32,000 nt of DNA. It comes from Promethearchaeota archaeon (GTDB lineage Archaea > Asgardarchaeota > Hermodarchaeia > Hermodarchaeales > Hermodarchaeaceae). Under the pieces are notes generated by a model, which worked only from the letters and a program-made list of their open reading frames with translations, searched no databases and had not been told where the DNA came from. Where the stretch lies: assembly GCA_048938295.1 (NCBI GenBank), contig JBHLMI010000006.1, forward strand, positions 30,001-62,000, read 5' to 3'. The position numbers were made by a program, and so were the translations under genes. Shown piece after piece: positions 26,901 to 32,000 of this stretch (positions are counted from its first letter, which is position 1; each line of letters starts with the position of its first letter).

Positions 26901-28911
26901 GAAATGCAATGGGCTAGGTATTCTTCGGCTCCCACAACCAGAAAAACTCCTTGTCAATCCAGATAAACCCCTTTGTGCCGGTGCAATGTGGTCGCCAGGG
27001 TATTGGCCAAAGACCTACTTGTGTAAGGACCAACCGATTATCCCTGCACTGGGAAAACGGTATGGCTTTGACCCTTTCAAGACCCCATGGAATGAGATGT
27101 CCAAGGAAGCTCAAGATGTGTTCTTAAATGGCGATGGAGAAACCTATCATTTCACCTACGTCAGCAAATCGACAGGTCGAATGAAAGGCAAAGAACGCCA
27201 GACCAAGTGGACTTGGAAGGGCTTCTTTCGCCCCGAAAGCTGGATTTTTAGTTGGGACATTCACGGAACCTACACTAAGGAAGTTGTATGCCCTGAATGC
27301 AATGGCGCAGGCCTCAAACCCGAGTTCTTGGCTGTAACACTTCAAGGGAAGAACATCTTCGAGATGAGTGAGCTTGCCCTCACAGAACTCGAAACCTTAA
27401 TCAATCAAATCCCCCAGCCCCCACCTGAAATCCCATTAGTCGACACTAGTCTTGATATCATTCGTCGACGATTACGCTTCATGCGACAAGTTGGTATTGG
27501 TTACCTCCATTTGAATCGCCCTATTGGGACTTTGTCCGCTGGTGAAGCCCAACGCATTCAGCTTGCTAGTCTTCTTGGGAGTGGATTGACTTCGTTAACG
27601 ATTCTAGTGGATGAACCATCTCGTGGAATGCACCCCTCTGAACTGGAAGCCTTGCTTGAAGCGTTACAAGAGTTACGCGATGAGGGCAACACGGTGATTG
27701 TGGTTGAACATGATTTGTTGATAATCCGTGCGGCAGATCATATAATCGATATGGGTCCACAGGCAGGGGCTCTTGGTGGCGAAGTTGTTGCAGAGGGAAA
27801 ACCAGCGGATATCGTCAGGGCAAATACAATTACTGGAAAATGGTTGGCAGAGAATAGAACCATCAGCATTTCGAAGAATGCTAGGCTACAACAGTGGATG
27901 GACACGACTAACCGACGGGATCCTCAAGGCTGGATGGTAGTAAAAGGAGCACGGGAAAACAACCTACGAGGCGAAGAAGTTCGCATACCACTTGGCACAT
28001 TGACTGGGATCTGCGGCGTTTCCGGATCAGGAAAGAGCACGCTTCTCATCGATACTGTGGGTCGTGCACTGGTTAAGCAAACACATACTTCATCATTTGC
28101 CAGAGAACCTTCGGAACCGGGAACTCATGACTCAATTAGCGGCAATCCGAAACGAACCTTCATTGTTGATCAGTCTCGACATGGGATTCGGAGTCCAGCT
28201 AATTTCTTGGGCTTAGTCAAACCTATGTCAGAGATCTTCCTTGAAAGCGACGACGCGTTGGCTCTAGACTTAGGAGAAAGAGATCTTGCCCGTGAATGTT
28301 CTGCTTGTCGAGGTCGAGGCTTCCTGCGCTTGGATATGGGATTCCTGCCAAACGAGTTTGTGGAATGTGAGACGTGTCGGGGAACTGGATACCGACCTGA
28401 AGCCTGGGAGGTTCGTGTTCATGGGATCACCCTCCCTGATCTAAATGGGATGACTCTTGATGAAATCTATGAGCTCTTCAAAGAGACTCCCAAAATTGCT
28501 AACCCCTTACAAGTCGCCAGAGAGGTGGGATTAGGGTATCTTGTCTGGCGACAACGGAGCTACACTCTCTCCGGAGGAGAAATCCAGAGGCTGAAGATTG
28601 CCAAGGAACTCCTCAAGAAGGCGAATGAACCCACTTTGTATATTCTTGATGAACCCACCGTTGGACTCCACATGGAAGATGTTACTCGTCTTATTGCGGT
28701 CTTAAATAGGTTAGTTGATGATGGCCATACTGTTGTGGTTGTTGAGCATCACCCCCATCTTCTGGCCTCTTGTGATTGGATAATTGAGCTTGGTCCAGTA
28801 GGCGGACCTCAGGGTGGTAAAGTCATTGCAGTTGGCGTTCCAGAAGATATTGTGAAACAGGATACCCCGACGGCTCCATACCTTCATGACGTGTTGGAGG
28901 GAACAGCATGA
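23983..28911 (+). CDS. uvrA: Double-length UvrA-family ABC ATPase (two fused UvrA units, four NBDs)
   Basis: Four Walker A motifs GVSGSGK[TS] (24067, 25459, 26491, 28015), signatures LSRGE/LSGGE/LSAGE/LSGGE, four hhDEP Walker B motifs, multiple CxxC fingers. Confidence 0.93.
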   Translation: MDIHVKGASEHNLKDIDVRFRDGLTVVTGVSGSGKTSLVFDTLYHEANRRFLEVFLYGRGGQRLAPANVETVTGLGPAIAVGQNLLNRNPGSTLATASGLHPFLRLLFTNYGVRYCLKCHEPLSVLTEDELVERLTALSKEEPYQLFAPLLQDIQGSHKILLATLRNEFEKGQIIIDGKEWQGNALSPKEPHSIDLHIGAIDAKSSTKKIRELTQQAIALGAGAIHVTSKKSNITLTTTQNCSVCGTGFRELRPTHFNQSCPYCKGKGCERCDRTGMHPQAATVRWEGMRLPELLALSVDNTHELFNRVKLPSTAKRLLSEIQRRLDALARVGLGYISLDRSSPTLSRGESQRVRLAISLSSRLEDIVHVLDEPTIGQHPADIARLLPAFRELSGPVIFVEHERVAAASADYAIDLGPGAGKNGGEVVFEGSPKELWLADTVTGQYFSLRNRVVHPESRPPPKGFITVRKAHQHNLKNIDVKIPLGRLIVISGVSGSGKSTLVEHVLVPSLAKKTPMGCEEIEGPTIKPVLVDQSPIGRNPRSNPATYTKLSDIIRDLFADATGLSKSHFSFNRPEGACPLCKGIGAAEVKMQYLPSIWLPCEECKGQRFSREVLSALVDFNGGQLSIADFYALPIADTEKMLTKSPHLSESKREAAQRILKALTDVGLGYLELGQPSPTLSGGEAQRVKLTKFLGRNRLTNQLIILDEPSTGLHPNDLNGLLVVLDRLVRHGATIVVVEHNTDFMRAADWIIDLGPGAGPRGGELLYEGPPEQLLDVKESLTGEALRNEAQIQPRGIPKKTEPVKTPVITVRNARSNNLKGINVDIPKSSLTVVTGVSGSGKSSLVQNVLQTEARRRYLETLSMYERQGIREGAKAPVDSITGLGVTLTVTAHRAHLWTHIPQFTRRNTVGALTEISPHLANLLAALGERTCLNCGATMQRGKQWHCPKCDDTAPLANPQYFSSAHWTSSCKKCNGLGILRLPQPEKLLVNPDKPLCAGAMWSPGYWPKTYLCKDQPIIPALGKRYGFDPFKTPWNEMSKEAQDVFLNGDGETYHFTYVSKSTGRMKGKERQTKWTWKGFFRPESWIFSWDIHGTYTKEVVCPECNGAGLKPEFLAVTLQGKNIFEMSELALTELETLINQIPQPPPEIPLVDTSLDIIRRRLRFMRQVGIGYLHLNRPIGTLSAGEAQRIQLASLLGSGLTSLTILVDEPSRGMHPSELEALLEALQELRDEGNTVIVVEHDLLIIRAADHIIDMGPQAGALGGEVVAEGKPADIVRANTITGKWLAENRTISISKNARLQQWMDTTNRRDPQGWMVVKGARENNLRGEEVRIPLGTLTGICGVSGSGKSTLLIDTVGRALVKQTHTSSFAREPSEPGTHDSISGNPKRTFIVDQSRHGIRSPANFLGLVKPMSEIFLESDDALALDLGERDLARECSACRGRGFLRLDMGFLPNEFVECETCRGTGYRPEAWEVRVHGITLPDLNGMTLDEIYELFKETPKIANPLQVAREVGLGYLVWRQRSYTLSGGEIQRLKIAKELLKKANEPTLYILDEPTVGLHMEDVTRLIAVLNRLVDDGHTVVVVEHHPHLLASCDWIIELGPVGGPQGGKVIAVGVPEDIVKQDTPTAPYLHDVLEGTA

Positions 28912-29951
28912 CTTGGACCCCACTGCTTCTTGCTGACCCATCACCAAGTCTCCGGCTCCTTGTGTTACGCGATCTGCTGAACCAACCTGAATCGGATACA
29001 GAAGTTCAAGAACTCCAAGAGCTCCAAAAATCTGATCCAATGGTTGAGAAGTTCCTTGCCTTACAGGAACCGGATGGAGCCTTTCGGAGCGGAGAAGGTG
29101 GAGGTACAGTTTTGGGACGAATCCGTATGACTTCCCAGGCCCTGATGGGATTGGGGTACTTCGGATTAGGGCCAAAGCACCCTGCGGTCAAGAAGGGGGC
29201 TGAATTCCTTTTTACACAGCAGCAATCAGATGGAGCCTTTCCTTTGATTACGCAGGGCGCTGTACTGGATGGTGGCAAATCTCAGGATGTGAAGTACCAT
29301 GCCATACCAGTCCAGACCGCCTTGCCTCTGATAGGATTAGCCTGGGCAGGATATGCTACGGATAAACGCGCTGAAGCCGCTTATGAGTGGCTAATCAATG
29401 AAGAACTACCAGAAGGCGGGTGGCCATCAGGACGCCATAAAGATAAACTCATTTTCGCTGCAGGTTACCGTCGACTCCCGCACTCTAAGTTTGGTTGTCG
29501 AACCAACACTACAGCGACGGTAAGTGCACTAGCCCTCCATCCCACTCGGCGAAAGAGCGAGTCTGCTCGTAAGGGATTGGATAAGTTACTTGCCCAAGAG
29601 CAGCGCCAAGCCCATACACTGGGGTTTGAAGTGGCACGAATCATAGGAGCGGAACCACCTCGTGGCGGATTTACATATTTCCGTCGATACGATGTTGGGC
29701 AGATGCTGGATTTGTCATGGCGGATTGGAGCCAACCTCGAGGACCCCAGAGTTGATGAAAACATCAAATTCGTCAAGGAATTACAAGGCCCCTACGGCCT
29801 CTGGGAATACCAACGGTACCCGGAAGTGTCACGCTGGGTCACCTTTGATCTTCTTCGATCCTTAACCCGCCTAGACCAGGATACTGATTGGGTTAGCTTA
29901 GAACCCCGAACTCCCTTCCAAGCCTATCCGAAAAAACGACGCCGCTTCTGA
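28908..29951 (+). CDS. Prenyltransferase/squalene-oxidase (QW) repeat alpha/alpha-toroid protein
   Basis: Repeats LQEPDGAF, QQSDGAF, ELPEGGW, LQGPYGLW; no DxDD cyclase motif; ATGA overlap with uvrA. Confidence 0.75.
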   Translation: MTWTPLLLADPSPSLRLLVLRDLLNQPESDTEVQELQELQKSDPMVEKFLALQEPDGAFRSGEGGGTVLGRIRMTSQALMGLGYFGLGPKHPAVKKGAEFLFTQQQSDGAFPLITQGAVLDGGKSQDVKYHAIPVQTALPLIGLAWAGYATDKRAEAAYEWLINEELPEGGWPSGRHKDKLIFAAGYRRLPHSKFGCRTNTTATVSALALHPTRRKSESARKGLDKLLAQEQRQAHTLGFEVARIIGAEPPRGGFTYFRRYDVGQMLDLSWRIGANLEDPRVDENIKFVKELQGPYGLWEYQRYPEVSRWVTFDLLRSLTRLDQDTDWVSLEPRTPFQAYPKKRRRF

Positions 29952-30015
29952 ACTGAACCATTTATCTTCCTAGCCACCCTATTAGCGAGCACCTCAACTG
30001 CGCGAGGAACCAGCC

Positions 30016-31434
30016 ATGAATAAAGAAGCAGTTTTTTCATACATCGACAAGCATATCGATGACCATATTGTGAAGGTTCAAGAGCTGATCAAACACCCTT
30101 CCATTTCTCCGCAGGATATCGGCGTCCGTGATTGTGCCAATCTAGTTTGTGGATACTTCAAAGACCTAGGATGTCAACGCGCTGAGTTGGTCGAAACCAA
30201 AGGAAACCCAGTAGTTGTTGGTGAGTTAGATGTCGGAGCCAAGAAGACAGTCTTAGCGTACATGATGTATGATACCCAACCGATTGATGATCCAGGTTGG
30301 TCTGTTCCACCTCTTGAAGCTAGGTTAGTGGATACGAAGCCTTTTGGCCGAGTTCTGATGGCACGGGGATCCTATAACAGTAAGGGACCACTTCGGGGCT
30401 TCTTGAATGCCTGTGAAGCCATCCAAGGTGCCGGTGAACAGCTACCCATAAATCTCATTTTTGTCGCGGAAGGAGAAGAAGAACTAGGAAGCCGAAACTT
30501 TCCTGAGTTCTTAAAAAAAGAAGAAAAAACCGTCAAAAAAGCTGATTACGTGTTCTTCCCTTTTCTTACGCAGGATATGAAAGGCAAAGTTGTGAATTAT
30601 CTAGGCTGCAAGGGCATTGTCTATTTTGAACTCGAGTTAAATGGGAAAAATTGGGGGTATGGTCCCACAGAATTCGACATTCATGGTGGCACCAAATCCA
30701 TCGTGGACAACCCAGCTTGGCGGTTCATTCAAGCCCTTTCATCCATGACCACACCAGATGGCAACCGGGTGTTAATCGAAGGTTTCTACGATGACGTAGA
30801 ACCTGTCTCAAAAGAAGATGGAGAGCTTGTGGATAAACTTGCAGAAAGCTGGAACGAAGACACGTTCAAAGCGCCTGTAAAGATTGAACGGTTTATCAAT
30901 GATGAACATGGCCGCGAGGTGCTGTTGAAATACATGTTTGGACCTACGCTGAACATCAATGGCATTTGGTCTGGATATACGGCTCCGGGTACTAAGACAG
31001 TTGTCCCCTGGAAAGCCACCGCTAAAATCGATGTTCGCCTCGTACCCAACATGCAGGTAATAGATGTCCTTCCAATGATACGTCACCACCTCGACACCCA
31101 AGGATTTCCAGAGGTCCGCATCGTTGAGCTCAAGTCCGGTTATGGATGGGCAAAACTTAGCATCAGCCACCCACTTGTCCAGGCGGTTTTAGCGATGTAC
31201 CAAGAATTCGGCTATGATATCGAGAACTGGCCCATGCTTTCAGGAAGCGCTCCATTTTCTCTTTTTGCCCAAACACCGTTTAATCTACCTTTCGTTATTG
31301 GAGGATTAGGACATGGAACACGAGCCCATGCCCCAGACGAATACATTGTCATCGATGAGGGTGGACCAACCGGTGGATTGGCAACGATGGAGAAATCCTT
31401 TGTTGACCTACTAGGACGTATCAGCAGAATCTGA
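30016..31434 (+). CDS. M20/M25/M40-family metallohydrolase with atypical metal site
   Basis: HPSIS, YMMYDTQP, ARGSYNSKGP, EGEEE, DIHGG, LNINGIWSGY, KIDVRLVP, HAPDE. Confidence 0.88.
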   Translation: MNKEAVFSYIDKHIDDHIVKVQELIKHPSISPQDIGVRDCANLVCGYFKDLGCQRAELVETKGNPVVVGELDVGAKKTVLAYMMYDTQPIDDPGWSVPPLEARLVDTKPFGRVLMARGSYNSKGPLRGFLNACEAIQGAGEQLPINLIFVAEGEEELGSRNFPEFLKKEEKTVKKADYVFFPFLTQDMKGKVVNYLGCKGIVYFELELNGKNWGYGPTEFDIHGGTKSIVDNPAWRFIQALSSMTTPDGNRVLIEGFYDDVEPVSKEDGELVDKLAESWNEDTFKAPVKIERFINDEHGREVLLKYMFGPTLNINGIWSGYTAPGTKTVVPWKATAKIDVRLVPNMQVIDVLPMIRHHLDTQGFPEVRIVELKSGYGWAKLSISHPLVQAVLAMYQEFGYDIENWPMLSGSAPFSLFAQTPFNLPFVIGGLGHGTRAHAPDEYIVIDEGGPTGGLATMEKSFVDLLGRISRI

Positions 31435-31452
31435 GAATATCAAGAAAATGAT

Positions 31453-32000
31453 TCATTCGGTAGTGTCTCTGTCCCAGTAGGCAGCAGTCACCCAGCGACT
31501 AGCGAACTGGTCAGCATCAATGGGATACGTATAGTGTAACTTTTGTGCAACTTCTCTGGAAATCCAACGAAAGAGCTGCATTGTGTTGGCCAGTGCCTGC
31601 CAGACATCCTCCTCGTCATAATGGGCAAATGCACCACGAAGATCAGCAATGATTCTAGGATTCGCCCATCTTTCAATGAACCGACCGCGGAACCAGGTGT
31701 CATGCTCTCTTCCTTGAGTGAGATGTGCATGCCATTCCATTAGGGGCAATAGGCAACGCCCCTTCATATAGGAATCAATACAAGCTTTGCCTTCCCACAA
31801 TTCACCTCGTCGAAGCTTCTTGGCTGCCCATACCGTGTGATACCAGAAATCATTCACCCGTTCAAGATATTCCTGTTCGGTGGGAGGGCTAGGTGGAGGT
31901 AGCTTATATTTTTTGAACTCAGTGATGAATTTGTCCATGATCTTGTCTTTGTCAATGAGTACACGGATACCACGCCCAATAATATTCGCTAGCTCCCGAG
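31453..32000 (-). CDS. Aminoglycoside 6-adenylyltransferase (ANT(6)/AadK)-like nucleotidyltransferase (partial, starts beyond right edge)
   Basis: The frame is open past the track start to the edge (RGIRVLIDKD); NDFWYHTVWAAKKLRRGELW, DTWFRGRFIERWA, LFRWISREVA. Confidence 0.8.
   Translation of the reverse strand, partial: RELANIIGRGIRVLIDKDKIMDKFITEFKKYKLPPPSPPTEQEYLERVNDFWYHTVWAAKKLRRGELWEGKACIDSYMKGRCLLPLMEWHAHLTQGREHDTWFRGRFIERWANPRIIADLRGAFAHYDEEDVWQALANTMQLFRWISREVAQKLHYTYPIDADQFASRWVTAAYWDRDTTE

Noticed and set aside
28908-29951. Squalene-hopene or oxidosqualene cyclase
   Set aside because: About half the expected length and no DxDD/DCTAE catalytic motif.
31453-31938. ORF-track start for the ANT(6)-like gene
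   Set aside because: The frame stays open to the window edge with family-like sequence; the gene is 5'-truncated by the window.
1-32000. CRISPR arrays, IS elements, integrases, rRNA or tRNA genes
   Set aside because: No repeat-spacer periodicity, terminal inverted repeats, transposase/integrase motifs or structural RNA signatures were seen.

Overview
Archaeal genomic window, probably Asgard- or Bathyarchaeia-like (inferred from GGTGA Shine-Dalgarno sites, TATA boxes and the gene families; not verified). Positions 1-6333 (minus strand) hold a membrane complex in respiratory complex I gene order (nuoA-B-CD-H-I-J-K-L, nuoL cut by the window edge). Its large subunit keeps both [NiFe]-binding motifs, so it reads as a group 4 energy-converting hydrogenase in a complex I chassis. 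The rest is an accessory region: surface Ntn hydrolase, DUF4332 protein, methyltransferases, DinB, MFS transporter, GNATs with regulators, DUF3795 Cys-cluster genes, a BtrH-like gene, a SLOG-like gene, a double-length UvrA coupled to a QW-repeat protein, an atypical M20 hydrolase and a partial ANT(6)-like gene. Reading the sequence directly adds several items missing from the ORF track: a Cys-rich microprotein with its own TATA box, palindrome and SD; a TPP-riboswitch-like leader; an ORF with one in-frame TAG; a crotonase fragment; and a hydrogenase small subunit with no canonical start codon. No rRNA, tRNA, CRISPR array or transposase was seen. Family assignments come from motif recognition, not database searches.
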